Source: a bacterium
GTDB lineage: Bacteria; SAR324; NAC60-12
Direction: 5' to 3'
NCBI GenBank assembly: GCA_965205865.1
Contig: CBDBHR010000024.1
Location: forward strand, 128,001-192,000
DNA: 64,000 bases
The translations under genes were made by a program, and so were the position numbers. The notes beneath the pieces were generated by a model. The model saw only the letters and a list, made by a program, of their open reading frames with translations, was not told the DNA's origin and ran no database searches. Numbering within the stretch: the first letter of the stretch is position 1; every line of letters starts with the position of its first letter. This document shows, piece after piece, positions 18,236 through 29,798 of this stretch.

Positions 18236-21200
18236 TTACCATGTGTCAACATAGGGCCTCTTTTTACCAGTGCGGGGTGGAGGGGAAGGGACACTCCGCA
18301 ACCCGGCCATGATCCAACGCCGAGAGTCTGCGGGATCAATGACATCATCAATTCCGAAATAGCTGGCGGCGTGTAAAGCTTTCGCATTTTCATAGCTTTC
18401 GGCGACCATAGCGTCGTATTGGATTCGTCGCTCTTCCGGATCCTCGATCGCGGCTAATTCCTTGCGATAGGCCAATTTGATTGCACCTTCGATATTCATC
18501 CCAGCAAATTCCGCGGTGGGCCAGGCTGCTGTGAAGAATGGAACTAAGGAGCTTCCTCCACACATCGCCTGGACCCCTAACCCATAGCCTTTCCTTAAGA
18601 CTAATCCGAACAGAGGAACGGAAAGGTTGGCCCCTGTATTAAAGAGTCGAGCGCTGTGTCGAACCAAGGCGGTGGCCTCCACCTCAGGGCCGACCATAAT
18701 GCCGGGGCAGTCCATCAAACTCACTACGGGAAGATCAAAAGCATCACAAAGCTGTAGAAACCGTGCTCCTTTATCCGCTCCGTCACTATCGATTGCTCCG
18801 GCCAGGTGGTGGGGATTATTGGCAATCAACCCGAAAGGATGGCCTTCGATTCGAATCAACGCAGTGATAATCCCAATCCCGAAATCTTTACGGATCTCCA
18901 GCACCGAATCGCGATCGGCCAAAGTCTCAATGATATCCCGCACATTGTACATTCTGACCCGGTTCTCGGGAATAATCTGCCGCAAAATCCTTTGATCCGG
19001 AGATTCCCAGTCTGTGATGGGTCCTTGAAAGTAGGAAAGGTACTTTTTCGCTGTGGCCACCGCAGCTTCCTCATCTTTAACCAGGATATCAACGACACCG
19101 TTCGGAACCTGGAAGGACATGGGGCCAACCTCTTCAGGCGTATAGATGCCGAGCCCTCCTCCTTCAATCATGGCAGGCCCCCCCATAGCTATTGTTGAAT
19201 TAGCAGTGGCAATGATGACATCACAGCATGCCAAGAGAGCGGTATTTCCTGCAAAACAGCGTCCTGAGTTGACCCCAACCAGCGGTACGAGCCCGCTGAG
19301 TTTAGAGAACTGAGTGAAGGTGTAAACATCCATGCCCACAGGGGACGCGCCATCGGTATCTCCAGGTCGTCCCCCTCCTCCCTCTGTGAAAACGACTATT
19401 GGTAATTGATAACGATCTGCCAGTTGAAACATGCGATCTTTTTTATAATGATTTCGCATCCCTTGGGTCCCTGCCAAAACGGTGTAATCATAGGCAATGG
19501 CTATACACCGCGCATCCTCTCCTTCAAACAGTTCCCCATTGACCGTTCCGACACCCGCTAATAAACCATCGGCGGGAGTGTATTTGCGAAGCCACTCTTC
19601 ATCTCGTCGGGATCGTTGCGCTGCGACGGCTAAAGCTCCATACTCGAAGAAAGTGTCAGGGTCACAAAGATCGGCGATATTTTCTCGGGCTGTCCGTTGC
19701 CCGGTTTTTCGGCGCCGGGCCACCGCCTCAGGCCGGTTTTCGTCTGAAGTGCAGGCATGTCGTTGGTAGGTCTCCTCCAAGTCAGGCCGGATATAATCCA
19801 AGTCAATGGTATTGGCAAGCTCATCTACATCGGTTTGGCCTTCACTGGTTTCAATAAAAAATAGAGGATACCCCTCACGGATGACATCCCCAACCGCCAG
19901 GGTAACGCGCCGGATGGTCCCACTGTGATCGGCTGAAATGACATGTTCCATTTTCATCGCTTCCAAGACGGCCAGTGGTTGGCCCCGGTTGATGCGGTCC
20001 CCTTCAGCAACCATCACACTGACGATCGTCCCTTGAATGGGGACAGGGAGGCCGATGGTCCCGTCGGGTCCGGCCCTTTCAGCTTCTGAAGCTGACTCGC
20101 TTTGTGCTCTTTTAATGGCCTGGTCATGTGAGAAAAGAGCCAGGGGATCCAGTGTATCAATCCGGGCGCCTGCCATGCCAGCTGAGCGGATATCCGGTTG
20201 CTCACTCAACGGGGGTTGGGTGGTGCTGAAGTAGCGGGATTGGGGGATTGGATCAATTTGAGTGAGCCTCGTCAGGTTTTCTTCAACAAATCGGGTATGC
20301 ACTTGCCAGGAAGCCACATCGGGATGCTGCAGCAGGTTTTGTAAAAAGGGAATCGAGGTGGCGATTCCTTCAATGCGAAACTCATTGAGCGCCCGTGTTG
20401 TTCTTGAGAGCCCCCTGGCAAAATCCGTTGAGGGGGTGTGGACGATTAATTTGGCCAGCAACGAGTCGAAGGCGGGATTCGTTTCATATCCGCTATAGCC
20501 GAATCCATCCGTCCGCACTCCAGTACCTCCGGGCACCTCATAAGCAGAAAGGGTCCCCCCTGCCGGACGAATGCTACCATCAGCAGTCAAGGTCTCCATG
20601 TTAATCCGGGTTTGAATGGCATAACCTCGAGGTTTGTCGATGTCCGGTGTCTCTAATCCAAGGGCGTGCAGAGATTCTCCCGCGGCGAGGCAAATTTGCG
20701 TCTGAACCAGGTCAACTCCTGTGACTGCTTCCGTCACGGTGTGTTCAACTTGTAAACGGGCGTTGGCTTCTATAAAAGCAAAGGGCAGATCTTCTGCTCC
20801 GGGATTCATCTTGACTAAAAATTCAATGGTACCGAGATTGGTGTAGGAAACGCTCTTGGCCAATCGCATGGCGGCATCAATAATATCTGAGCGCAGCTTT
20901 TCCGGCAGGTTGGGAGCTGGGGCGATCTCAACCATTTTTTGATAGCGCCGCTGAAGACTACAATCACGCTCACCCAGGTTCATCACGGTTCCGTTTAAAT
21001 CTCCAAGAATTTGAACTTCAATGTGCCGGGCAGGATAGATCAGCTCTTCAACATAGAGATCACTATTACCAAAGGCACTGAGCGCCTCAGACTGGCATCT
21101 TTGATAGGCGGCATCGATCTCGTCAATCCGGGTTATGGCTCGAGCGCCCCGGCCTCCCCCTCCTGCGACCGCTTTAATCATCATACCGCTGCCCGGATCG

Positions 21201-21649
21201 AGGGAGGCAAAAAAATCTTGTGCTTCGTCTACAGAGACGGCCTGGTTGATGCCTCGTACAATGGGAACGTCCGCTGCCGCTGCCGCTGCTCGTGCCTGTC
21301 CTTTATCACCAAACAATTCCAACAATTCCACTGCCGGACCAATAAAGGTCAGTCCAGCTTCCTGGCAGCGACGGGCAAACATCCCATTTTCCGCTAAAAA
21401 TCCATAACCAGGGTGGATGGCCTCACATTGTGTGTTTTTGGCTGCTTGAATCACACTGTCGATGTCGAGATAAGCGGAGACGCCATGCCCCGCTAAACGG
21501 TGAACTTCATCGGCCATTCGGGTGTGTAATGATCTTGCGTCGTCCTCAGAGTAAATGGCAACTGTGTGTAACCCTAAGTCGGTTGCAGCCCGAGCAATTC
21601 TGATGGCGATTTCTCCACGATTGGCGATGAGGATACGACTGAATTTCAT
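18236..21649 (-). CDS. Single-chain biotin-dependent acyl-CoA carboxylase (BC-BCCP-CT fusion)
   Basis: ILIANRGEIA, HPGYGFL, EAMKM biotin motif, C-terminal carboxyltransferase. Confidence 0.92.
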   Translation of the reverse strand: MKFSRILIANRGEIAIRIARAATDLGLHTVAIYSEDDARSLHTRMADEVHRLAGHGVSAYLDIDSVIQAAKNTQCEAIHPGYGFLAENGMFARRCQEAGLTFIGPAVELLELFGDKGQARAAAAAADVPIVRGINQAVSVDEAQDFFASLDPGSGMMIKAVAGGGGRGARAITRIDEIDAAYQRCQSEALSAFGNSDLYVEELIYPARHIEVQILGDLNGTVMNLGERDCSLQRRYQKMVEIAPAPNLPEKLRSDIIDAAMRLAKSVSYTNLGTIEFLVKMNPGAEDLPFAFIEANARLQVEHTVTEAVTGVDLVQTQICLAAGESLHALGLETPDIDKPRGYAIQTRINMETLTADGSIRPAGGTLSAYEVPGGTGVRTDGFGYSGYETNPAFDSLLAKLIVHTPSTDFARGLSRTTRALNEFRIEGIATSIPFLQNLLQHPDVASWQVHTRFVEENLTRLTQIDPIPQSRYFSTTQPPLSEQPDIRSAGMAGARIDTLDPLALFSHDQAIKRAQSESASEAERAGPDGTIGLPVPIQGTIVSVMVAEGDRINRGQPLAVLEAMKMEHVISADHSGTIRRVTLAVGDVIREGYPLFFIETSEGQTDVDELANTIDLDYIRPDLEETYQRHACTSDENRPEAVARRRKTGQRTARENIADLCDPDTFFEYGALAVAAQRSRRDEEWLRKYTPADGLLAGVGTVNGELFEGEDARCIAIAYDYTVLAGTQGMRNHYKKDRMFQLADRYQLPIVVFTEGGGGRPGDTDGASPVGMDVYTFTQFSKLSGLVPLVGVNSGRCFAGNTALLACCDVIIATANSTIAMGGPAMIEGGGLGIYTPEEVGPMSFQVPNGVVDILVKDEEAAVATAKKYLSYFQGPITDWESPDQRILRQIIPENRVRMYNVRDIIETLADRDSVLEIRKDFGIGIITALIRIEGHPFGLIANNPHHLAGAIDSDGADKGARFLQLCDAFDLPVVSLMDCPGIMVGPEVEATALVRHSARLFNTGANLSVPLFGLVLRKGYGLGVQAMCGGSSLVPFFTAAWPTAEFAGMNIEGAIKLAYRKELAAIEDPEERRIQYDAMVAESYENAKALHAASYFGIDDVIDPADSRRWIMAGLRSVPSPPPRTGKKRPYVDTW

Positions 21650-21660
21650 GGAACTCCTTA

Positions 21661-23262
21661 CTACACACCGATCTTCTCTCGCTTGACCGTGATTCCAGCA
21701 ACTTCACGATCCCAGGTATCGGGAGTGATTCCTGCCTCTTTGAGCAGATTTTTTTGTACTTTCTGGGTGGGGGTTTTCGGCAATACGTCGACAAACCGAA
21801 TGAATCTTGGCAGCATGAAGTGAGCCATACGCGGTTCCAGAAAATGGAAGAGTTCCTTGGGATCGATCTGCTGGTCCGACACCGGAGCCACCACAACCAT
21901 CACTTCGTCCTCGCCAAGCTCACTGGGGACGGGAATCGCCGCAGCTTCACGCACTGTGGCGAAAGCTGTGACCTCGCTTTCTACTTCAAAAGAAGAAATA
22001 TTCTCGCCACGGCGACGAATAGCATCCTTGATTCGATCAACAAAGTAAAAATACCCATTCTCATCATATTTGAAAGCATCGCCCGTATGGAACCAACCGT
22101 TACGCCAGGCTTTAGCGGTTGCTTCAGGATTTTTATAATAGCCATGATTCATCGCCCACGGACGATCGGTTCGTAAGATAAGCTCACCGGTGACCCCAGG
22201 ACCGACCTCGCAATCGTTTTCATCAACGACACGAGCTTCCACACCCTCACGGACTTTCCCGCAAGTACCGCTTCCCGGCGGATAGGGTTCTGACATAATG
22301 GGCAAGGATATTTCTGTCATGTTGAAACCGGTGCGCATTTCGAGACCATATCGGCGCCCTAATGTCATGGCATCCTCATTCCAGGGAATGCAGACGGCTT
22401 TCTTCAAAAAAAGATCATTGTCATGATGGCCTGGTGGTAATTTCAGAAGGAACGGGATCATTGCACCCACCAGGCTGGTCGCAGTGGTTTCATTCTCGCG
22501 AACGGTCTTCCAAAATTCGTTGGTTTTGAAATGAGTGTCTAAAAAACAGGAACTTCCATTGGCCAGTGTGACGATAAATAAAATGGTTCCTCCCACATGG
22601 AACATAGGCGCATTGATTAAAATCCGATCGCTTTCCTCGAAATAATAACCTGACTCCGGCCCCATGGAATAGCCTTGAAGATAAGAAGAAAGCACCGCTT
22701 TGGAGGGGCCAGTGGTGCCTGAAGTGAAGATAATATACTGTGTGTCCCAAGGCTCGACCACTTCCGGCATCTCCGAGAGGCCTTGATCGGAGATGAGAGC
22801 AGATGCTGGATGAGTGTTCAGGTTTGGTAAGAAGGTTTCCCCATTGGTGATGATGACATCCCGTAGCAAGCCTGTATCGATGTCATTTAGACGCGGGGCA
22901 AGATCGGCATGACAAACCATCAATGTGGCATCGGATAATTGCACCACATGTTGCAGAAGTGTGCCTTTATAAGCGGTATTCACCGGCACATAGACAGCCC
23001 CTAAATAATTGAGACCAAACCAAGTGAGGACCGCTTCCCGATTGTTCGGTTGCCAGGAGAGCACATGATCGCCTTTTTTGACACCCATTGCTTGAAGCCC
23101 CTTGGCTGCACGTTGCGTCAGTTCCAGGGTCTGACGCCAGGCCCATGTCTCGCCACCATAGAACATGATTGCGATTTCATCGGGCTTCTGGAGCGCCCAG
23201 CGTTCGATTTGATAACCAAGAACGCAAATTTCACGTGCCGGTATGCGAGGATCATAAGTCAT
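21661..23262 (-). CDS. Acyl-CoA ligase (CaiC-like AMP-binding protein)
   Basis: FTSGTTGPSK, FHTGD, RRRGENIS, LPKTPTQK. Confidence 0.9.
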   Translation of the reverse strand: MTYDPRIPAREICVLGYQIERWALQKPDEIAIMFYGGETWAWRQTLELTQRAAKGLQAMGVKKGDHVLSWQPNNREAVLTWFGLNYLGAVYVPVNTAYKGTLLQHVVQLSDATLMVCHADLAPRLNDIDTGLLRDVIITNGETFLPNLNTHPASALISDQGLSEMPEVVEPWDTQYIIFTSGTTGPSKAVLSSYLQGYSMGPESGYYFEESDRILINAPMFHVGGTILFIVTLANGSSCFLDTHFKTNEFWKTVRENETTATSLVGAMIPFLLKLPPGHHDNDLFLKKAVCIPWNEDAMTLGRRYGLEMRTGFNMTEISLPIMSEPYPPGSGTCGKVREGVEARVVDENDCEVGPGVTGELILRTDRPWAMNHGYYKNPEATAKAWRNGWFHTGDAFKYDENGYFYFVDRIKDAIRRRGENISSFEVESEVTAFATVREAAAIPVPSELGEDEVMVVVAPVSDQQIDPKELFHFLEPRMAHFMLPRFIRFVDVLPKTPTQKVQKNLLKEAGITPDTWDREVAGITVKREKIGV

Positions 23263-23330
23263 TGAAGTACCTCCTATTCATTGACTGTCCCAGACCAATA
23301 TTTGGGGAGTCGATAGTAAGGCTTTTTGAA

Positions 23331-24851
23331 TTACATTTTCTTCCAATCCGTTCCTTCCTGAAATCCATGAGCGGCACGGTAAATGGTGGATTCTTCAAAA
23401 TGCTTTCCAATCAGCATTAAACTCACTGGGAGACCCTCTGACATCCCACAAGGAATGGCCATTGCCGGGTGGTGAGTGATATCAAAGGGAGAGGTATTGG
23501 TGATCATCTCGGTCGCCCTTTGAAAAGATTCCTCTCGACTGGCATCAGGAGCTGGAATCGGTTGAGACTTAATCGCAGTGGTCGGCATCGCCAGCAAATC
23601 ATACTCATTCAGAACCTTGTCATAGGCAGCTCTCAGCAATCGACTCAGGTTGATGGCTTTTCCATAATAACGGCTACCGTAATACTTTCGTATGTAGGTG
23701 CCAAACATCGTCACCAATTTCACGGTTTCAGACAGTTCATTCGCCCGGTTTCGCCAATTCCTGTGAAAATCCATGAGACTGGTGACGTACAAATCAGGTC
23801 TGCTCACTCCATAGCCATCGCCCCACATCATGGTTTGTGTGGATCCTTCCACAGCAATAGGGAAAGCGATTGCCGGTCCAACGAGATGCAGAGGAATGGA
23901 GACTTCGTCTACCGTTGCCCCTAAAGACTTCAATGCAGCAGCGGCTGCCTGGACTTTTTCATTCACATCTTTTTCTGCATTTTCCTGCAGGTACCCTTCT
24001 TTGACCACGGCAATCTTCAGGCCTTTCAAACCCTCTGTTCCTTGGAGAGCCTCCGTGTATCGCTGTGTTTTCACATTGTATTGCCTGGGATCATATCCAT
24101 CGACACCAGCAATCACTTCCAGCATTAACGCATTGTCTTCAACATTATTGGTCATGGGACCTGTATGGTCGACGGTAACCTCGGCCGACATGATGCCTGT
24201 ATAAGGGACAAGCCCATGGGTAGGCTTCATGCCATATATTCCACAGTAAGAGGCGGGCATTCGAATGGATCCCCCCTGGTCTCCGCCAATCGCGAGATTG
24301 ACCTCTCCTGCCGCAACAAGGGCAGCACTGCCAGAAGAGGATCCTCCTGCCATATATCCCATTTTATGAGGGTTATGCACCGGTCCTTTTGCATTGGTAT
24401 GACTGCCACCAGACATGCATAAATATTCACAGTGGGCTTTTCCGACAATCGTTGCGCCTGCATCCAAAAGCCGTGTGACAACCGTCGCGTCTATGTCAGG
24501 AACATACCCCTCCAAAGTGGAAGCTCCATTCATCATGGGAACACCAGCAAGCATGACGTTATCCTTCAAGACAACGGTTTTTCCCTTAAGTTTTCCCCGA
24601 GAAGCTCCCTTCACTTCACTTTTTACGTACCAGGCATTGTACTGATTTTCTTCATCCCTGGGCTGGTATCCGGGGGTTCGTGGATACTTCACAAGCGGAA
24701 GATTATCAGGCATCGCGTCAACCACGTTGTAAGCATCTACATTCCCCTGAAACAGACCCATATAAGATTCAACATCCGCATCCGTCAAATCCAGACCCAT
24801 TTCATCAGCGAGTTCTCGTATTTGTTGTGGTGTTGGTAATTGTACCGCCAT
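23331..24851 (-). CDS. Amidase-signature family amidase
   Basis: LKDN, GGSSSGS, GGDQGGSIRMPA. Confidence 0.92.
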   Translation of the reverse strand: MAVQLPTPQQIRELADEMGLDLTDADVESYMGLFQGNVDAYNVVDAMPDNLPLVKYPRTPGYQPRDEENQYNAWYVKSEVKGASRGKLKGKTVVLKDNVMLAGVPMMNGASTLEGYVPDIDATVVTRLLDAGATIVGKAHCEYLCMSGGSHTNAKGPVHNPHKMGYMAGGSSSGSAALVAAGEVNLAIGGDQGGSIRMPASYCGIYGMKPTHGLVPYTGIMSAEVTVDHTGPMTNNVEDNALMLEVIAGVDGYDPRQYNVKTQRYTEALQGTEGLKGLKIAVVKEGYLQENAEKDVNEKVQAAAAALKSLGATVDEVSIPLHLVGPAIAFPIAVEGSTQTMMWGDGYGVSRPDLYVTSLMDFHRNWRNRANELSETVKLVTMFGTYIRKYYGSRYYGKAINLSRLLRAAYDKVLNEYDLLAMPTTAIKSQPIPAPDASREESFQRATEMITNTSPFDITHHPAMAIPCGMSEGLPVSLMLIGKHFEESTIYRAAHGFQEGTDWKKM

Positions 24852-24936
24852 TTTTTCCTTCTGTTAATATGAAAAGAAAGAAGGTTTACATTTAAACAGG
24901 CCATGAAGAATGATTCATGACAACTCCATTCCTAAA

Positions 24937-25341
24937 CTATCGAGCTACGATCTCTTCCCAACTTTTCTTTCTCCATAAATCGCGGGCATTCTCAAGCTCA
25001 CCCAACAGAATCCCCCGTGTTTTTTCGTCTCCTACGAGAGGGCTCGTTTTGAAGTAGTTTATTAAGCCTGAGACTTTTTTCAGGCAAATATCTTTCCCTT
25101 TATTCTTCAACTTCAGGATCTTTGTCGGGTCAGGAGAAGCCCGGTTTAACTCATCTATCTTTTTTTCAAATTCGACCGTCCAACTTTGGGGTGCTTTTTG
25201 GGTGTTAATGATTAATTCAGCGGCTTTGTTCCTTCCCCCTATAGATCTTTGAATGATGAAATTCATCCACCACATACCAGCTCGAGCAAGCAAAACAATA
25301 ACCGCAACAAAGATTATGAAGATCAAAGAGAGTTTTAACAT
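24937..25341 (-). CDS. Hypothetical membrane-anchored protein at the end of the ABC operon
   Basis: 134-aa ORF with N-terminal hydrophobic helix, 5 bp from the ATPase gene. Confidence 0.6.
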   Translation of the reverse strand: MLKLSLIFIIFVAVIVLLARAGMWWMNFIIQRSIGGRNKAAELIINTQKAPQSWTVEFEKKIDELNRASPDPTKILKLKNKGKDICLKKVSGLINYFKTSPLVGDEKTRGILLGELENARDLWRKKSWEEIVAR

Positions 25342-25345
25342 GTCC

Positions 25346-26362
25346 CTAGATGGCCCCTTTCAGTTTGAGTTCCTTGCCAAAATGACAACGTGCATAATGT
25401 CCCTCCTCCATCTCCTCCAGAGGAGGTTCCTCAGTCTTACATACATCTTGCATATATCTACATCTGGGGTGGAAGCTGCATCCTGGAGGTGGATTGACTG
25501 GGGATGCTACCTCGCCACTCAGTATGATTCGCTCAGACTTAAGCCTCGGGTCTGCCTTTGGGGCAGAAGACATCAACGCTTCCGTATATGGATGTTTTGG
25601 ACTCAAAAAGAGTTTCTCTGTCTCCGCCATCTCTACAATCTTCCCCACATACATAACAGCGACTCTGTCGCTGATGTGCTCCACCACACCTAAGTCGTGG
25701 GCAATGAAGAGATAGGTCAGGTGAAATTCTTCTTGTAAATCCTTTAACAGGTTCAATACCTGTGCTTGCACAGAGACGTCCAATGCGGATACAGCTTCAT
25801 CGGCTATGATGAGTTTTGGATGCAGTGCCAGAGCTCTTGCGATACCGACACGCTGTCTTTGTCCTCCACTGAGCGCATGTGGATAGCGTTTCAGATACTG
25901 GACATTCAGTCCGACCACACGGAGGAGTTCCTTGACTCTGTCCTCCAACTCTCTGCCTTTGGCCATCTTGTGCACAAGAAGGGGTTCTCCTACGATGTCC
26001 AATATTGTCATTCGTGGGTTTAGAGAGGAATAGGGGTCCTGGAAGATCACCTGCATATCTCTTCTTAGAATTTTAAGCTCTTTTTCTTCGACCCCAGCGA
26101 CATCAACGACCTCACCGTTGTGTCGAAGAAACATCTCTCCAGCAGTCGGACTAACGGCTCTTAGAATCACTTTCCCCGTCGTGGTCTTTCCACATCCACT
26201 TTCTCCGACCAAGCCGAGAGTTTCCCCTTCACGGATGTAGAAATCGACTCCATCAACAGCTTTTACATATCCAACCGTTCTCTTCAAGAATCCCTTAGTA
26301 ATAGGAAAATACTTCTTAAGCCCTTTAACTTCGAGAAGAATATCGTTATCAGGCACCATCAT
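25346..26362 (-). CDS. Peptide/nickel ABC transporter ATPase (OppF/DppF-like)
   Basis: [21 protein letters not shown]-terminal Cys domain. Confidence 0.92.
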   Translation of the reverse strand: MMVPDNDILLEVKGLKKYFPITKGFLKRTVGYVKAVDGVDFYIREGETLGLVGESGCGKTTTGKVILRAVSPTAGEMFLRHNGEVVDVAGVEEKELKILRRDMQVIFQDPYSSLNPRMTILDIVGEPLLVHKMAKGRELEDRVKELLRVVGLNVQYLKRYPHALSGGQRQRVGIARALALHPKLIIADEAVSALDVSVQAQVLNLLKDLQEEFHLTYLFIAHDLGVVEHISDRVAVMYVGKIVEMAETEKLFLSPKHPYTEALMSSAPKADPRLKSERIILSGEVASPVNPPPGCSFHPRCRYMQDVCKTEEPPLEEMEEGHYARCHFGKELKLKGAI

Positions 26363-27414
26363 TCCTCCTTATTCTTATGGTAGAGAAAACATGCGACCTT
26401 GTGACCCTTTGCCATCTCAACTAAAGCAGGAGGTTTATCCTCATCGCACACACCGGGCAGACCCTCAGGACAACGAGGGAAAAACGGGCACCCTTTAAGA
26501 ACAGCAAAGGGGTCTGGAACTCCACCCTTAATAGATTCAAGACGGACACTCACCTTCTCTACCTTGGGGATAGATTTGAGAAGCGCTCTGGTATAGGGGT
26601 GCTTTGGGTCATGGAAGATACGGTCTACATCGGTGTGTTCTACTGCCTTTCCCAAATACATAACAATGACATCATCCGCCATCTCCGCGATCACCCCAAG
26701 ATCATGAGTGATCATCATAATGGACATCCCAAATTCCTTCTTCAAGTCGTTCATCAGCTCAAGAATCTGTGCCTGGACGGTTACATCCAAGGCTGTGGTA
26801 GGCTCATCTGCTATCAGGAGACTCGGATTGCATGAAAGAGCCATTGCTATCATCGCTCTCTGTCTCATACCACCACTGAGTTGATGGGGATATTCGTCTA
26901 CTCTCATCTGTGGAAGAGAGATCCCAACCCGATCCAGCATCTCTATGGCATGTTCCCTGGCTGCCTTCTTGCTCAGATTCTGATGCAGTAGTATCGCTTC
27001 AATGATCTGGTTTCCAACGGTGTGGACAGGACTGAAGGCTGTCATAGGTTCCTGGAAGATCATAGAGATCTCTTTTCCTCTGATCCTTCTGATCTCGCTT
27101 CCCTGTGGATCCAATTTCGTTAGATCTGTTACTTTCCTTTCATTCCCATTTGTATTCTGATGCAGAATGATCTCCCCTTGAATAATCCTCCCGGGTTGGG
27201 GGACTATTTGCAGGATAGACTGGGCGGTGACACTTTTTCCACAACCACTTTCTCCGACGACACCCAGGGTCTTTTCTTTGTCTATGCTAAAGCTGACGCC
27301 ATCTACGGATTTTACAGTCCCCTCATCCAAATAGAAGTATGTCTTAATGTCCTTCAATTCCAAAAGCGTGGTCAATCTAACACCTCCTTTATTTATAAGG
27401 GTCCGCCGCGTCAC
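26359..27414 (-). CDS. Peptide/nickel ABC transporter ATPase (OppD/DppD-like); true start probably ~27375
   Basis: [24 protein letters not shown]. Confidence 0.92.
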   Translation of the reverse strand: MTRRTLINKGGVRLTTLLELKDIKTYFYLDEGTVKSVDGVSFSIDKEKTLGVVGESGCGKSVTAQSILQIVPQPGRIIQGEIILHQNTNGNERKVTDLTKLDPQGSEIRRIRGKEISMIFQEPMTAFSPVHTVGNQIIEAILLHQNLSKKAAREHAIEMLDRVGISLPQMRVDEYPHQLSGGMRQRAMIAMALSCNPSLLIADEPTTALDVTVQAQILELMNDLKKEFGMSIMMITHDLGVIAEMADDVIVMYLGKAVEHTDVDRIFHDPKHPYTRALLKSIPKVEKVSVRLESIKGGVPDPFAVLKGCPFFPRCPEGLPGVCDEDKPPALVEMAKGHKVACFLYHKNKEE

Positions 27415-28522
27415 GCAGGCCGTCTCCTAAAAAATTAAAGCACAGTGCGGTGACAATAACGAGAAGCCCGGGAATGAGAATCCAGGGATAGAGACCTATG
27501 ACACCTGTGCTCTGCGCATCTTTCAAGAGGGCCCCCCAGCTAACTGCCGGGGGCTGAATTCCTAAGCCAAGAAAGCTTAATGACGTCTCAGCTATGATCA
27601 TTTCGGGTATCGCTATGGTCAGGTGCACTATCAGGTAGGTCATCACTGAAGGAAGAAGATGCCTAAAAATTATTCTCATATGACTTGCACCAGAGAGTCG
27701 AGCCGCCAGGACAAAATCCTCCTCCCTCAATTCTAGTAGTTGTCCTCTCACCACTCTGGCTATGCCAGTCCAACCAACGATAGAGAGGACAATGGTAATC
27801 CCGAAATAAATCCTGATCATCGACCAATCTGTGGGCAGAGCTACCGCCAATGCCATCCATAGGGGGATTCTGGGGATTGATGTTAAAAATTCTATGAGCC
27901 TTTGGATAATCATATCAGGAGCTCCTCCGAAATAACCGGAGATCCCCCCCAATATACTTCCTAGAAAAAGGCTTAAGAACACCCCTACCAAGCCTATAGA
28001 TAAAGAAATTCGTGATCCATTGAGAACACGGGAGAATACATCTCTTCCCAATTTATCTGATCCGAATAAAAAAACCGTTCCCTCAGGCTCCTTTACTCCA
28101 AAAAAATGAATATCTGATTTAAACAAGTTCCAAAATTTATACTCATCACCAGGGACGAAAAAATAGATAGGAAACTTTCGGGTTTTATCTTCTTTGTATA
28201 GTCTGCGCATTGTTTTAAAATCGATTGTTAATTCTTGCTTATATACAAAGGGACGAAAATGGAACTTTCCCTGATCATCGAAAAAATGAATCCTTTGCGG
28301 CGGACTATAGGTAAATTCCGTACGGGAATGCATATGATAAGGAGCAAAAAAATCGCAGAATACCGCTAAAAGATAAAAAACACCTAACAAAATGCCACTC
28401 GCTATAGCGAGCTTATGTTTCCTGAACTTAAGCCACAACAACTGCCACTGTGAAGCAAAATAAATCTTTTCTGCTTCTCTGACACTAACATCATCAACTT
28501 TTTCTTTCTCATTGATCATCAT
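27389..28522 (-). CDS. ABC transporter permease (OppC-like)
   Basis: [25 protein letters not shown]. Confidence 0.92.
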   Translation of the reverse strand: MMINEKEKVDDVSVREAEKIYFASQWQLLWLKFRKHKLAIASGILLGVFYLLAVFCDFFAPYHMHSRTEFTYSPPQRIHFFDDQGKFHFRPFVYKQELTIDFKTMRRLYKEDKTRKFPIYFFVPGDEYKFWNLFKSDIHFFGVKEPEGTVFLFGSDKLGRDVFSRVLNGSRISLSIGLVGVFLSLFLGSILGGISGYFGGAPDMIIQRLIEFLTSIPRIPLWMALAVALPTDWSMIRIYFGITIVLSIVGWTGIARVVRGQLLELREEDFVLAARLSGASHMRIIFRHLLPSVMTYLIVHLTIAIPEMIIAETSLSFLGLGIQPPAVSWGALLKDAQSTGVIGLYPWILIPGLLVIVTALCFNFLGDGLRDAADPYK

Positions 28523-28575
28523 GAACCGCTTCCAAATTTATACATTCAGGTTTCACTTATGAGAGGAGTCGGCTT

Positions 28576-29574
28576 TTAGCCACCACTTATCTTTTCAAAG
28601 CGAATACGGGGGTCCAGCCAAACAAGCAGTAAATCGGAAACAAAAACGCCTACCACAGTTAAAGCGGATAGCAACATCATGATGCTCCCGGCTAAATACA
28701 TATCCTGGCTTAGTAACGCGTGTAGAAAAAGAGGTCCCGTCGTGGGGAGGTTTAATGTTACAGCAACGATAATTTCTCCAGAGAGGATGAGGGGAAAAAC
28801 CCAACCTATGCAGCTTACTATGGGATTTAATGCTATTCTTACCGGATACTTAAATAAAAGAGTCCCTTCCGAGAGCCCTTTGGCCCGGGCGGTAATGACA
28901 TATTGCTTTTGAAGTTCATCCAAAAGGCATCCTCTCATAATCCTGATAAGAAAGGCTAACCCGGCAGCACCGATCGTTATTACCGGAACCCACAAATGAT
29001 TAACCAGATCTAAAACCTTGCCTGGGCTCCAGGGAGCGTGTACATATTCAGATGAGAAAAGACCTCCTACATTTAGTCCGAAAAATCTGTTGAAAAAGAA
29101 CATTAAAATAAGTGCCAAAAGGAAAGGAGGTGTAGCCACACCAACGAAACCAACGGCTGTAAAGGAATAGTCACCAAATGAGTACTGGTGGGTGGCAGAA
29201 TAAATCCCGATAGGTATCGCTACAATATATGTCAGGAAGAGCGTAAAAAGAGATATCGATACTGTCAGTCCTAATCGTTCACCTATCAACTCAATCACTG
29301 GCTTATTATGTGAAAAGGACATGCCGAAATCCCCTTGAAACATATTCCCCATCCACTTGAAATATTGAAGATAGATTGGCGAATCCAGTCCATATTGCTT
29401 GATTAGAGCAGCTTTTTGAGCGTCATCAACAGGCGCTCCCGTCATCTCTAAAGTCGCTATGTAAGATGATAAAAAATCACCTGGTGGAAGCTGGATGATG
29501 ATGAAACCAACAACAGAAACCACTAATAAAATCAGGATCATAAATAAAAACCGCTGAATATAATAATGCAACAT
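28576..29574 (-). CDS. ABC transporter permease (OppB-like)
   Basis: LPPGD, GDFGMS, TARAKGL, LDPRIR. Confidence 0.92.
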   Translation of the reverse strand: MLHYYIQRFLFMILILLVVSVVGFIIIQLPPGDFLSSYIATLEMTGAPVDDAQKAALIKQYGLDSPIYLQYFKWMGNMFQGDFGMSFSHNKPVIELIGERLGLTVSISLFTLFLTYIVAIPIGIYSATHQYSFGDYSFTAVGFVGVATPPFLLALILMFFFNRFFGLNVGGLFSSEYVHAPWSPGKVLDLVNHLWVPVITIGAAGLAFLIRIMRGCLLDELQKQYVITARAKGLSEGTLLFKYPVRIALNPIVSCIGWVFPLILSGEIIVAVTLNLPTTGPLFLHALLSQDMYLAGSIMMLLSALTVVGVFVSDLLLVWLDPRIRFEKISGG

Positions 29575-29798
29575 TTTTTATAATCCTCTTTAGGAATTGT
29601 CCCTTAATAACATCCTTAAATCCCTATACCCAAAACAGAGAGGCGGCTCTCACTCCCAATCTAACGGTGTGAGAACCGCCTCTGCGGAATTCAGGACAGC
29701 TTGACGCCTTTTGAAAAGTGATACACGAGTTGTGCACACTATATCTCAATAAGCTGGACGCCTGCCCTACAGGCTTTTTTGGATAGGCTCTTATCCCA

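Noticed and set aside
29635-29775. Hairpins between the binding-protein and permease genes
   Set aside because: Ordinary intercistronic stem-loop/REP-like mRNA stabiliser, typical of ABC operons
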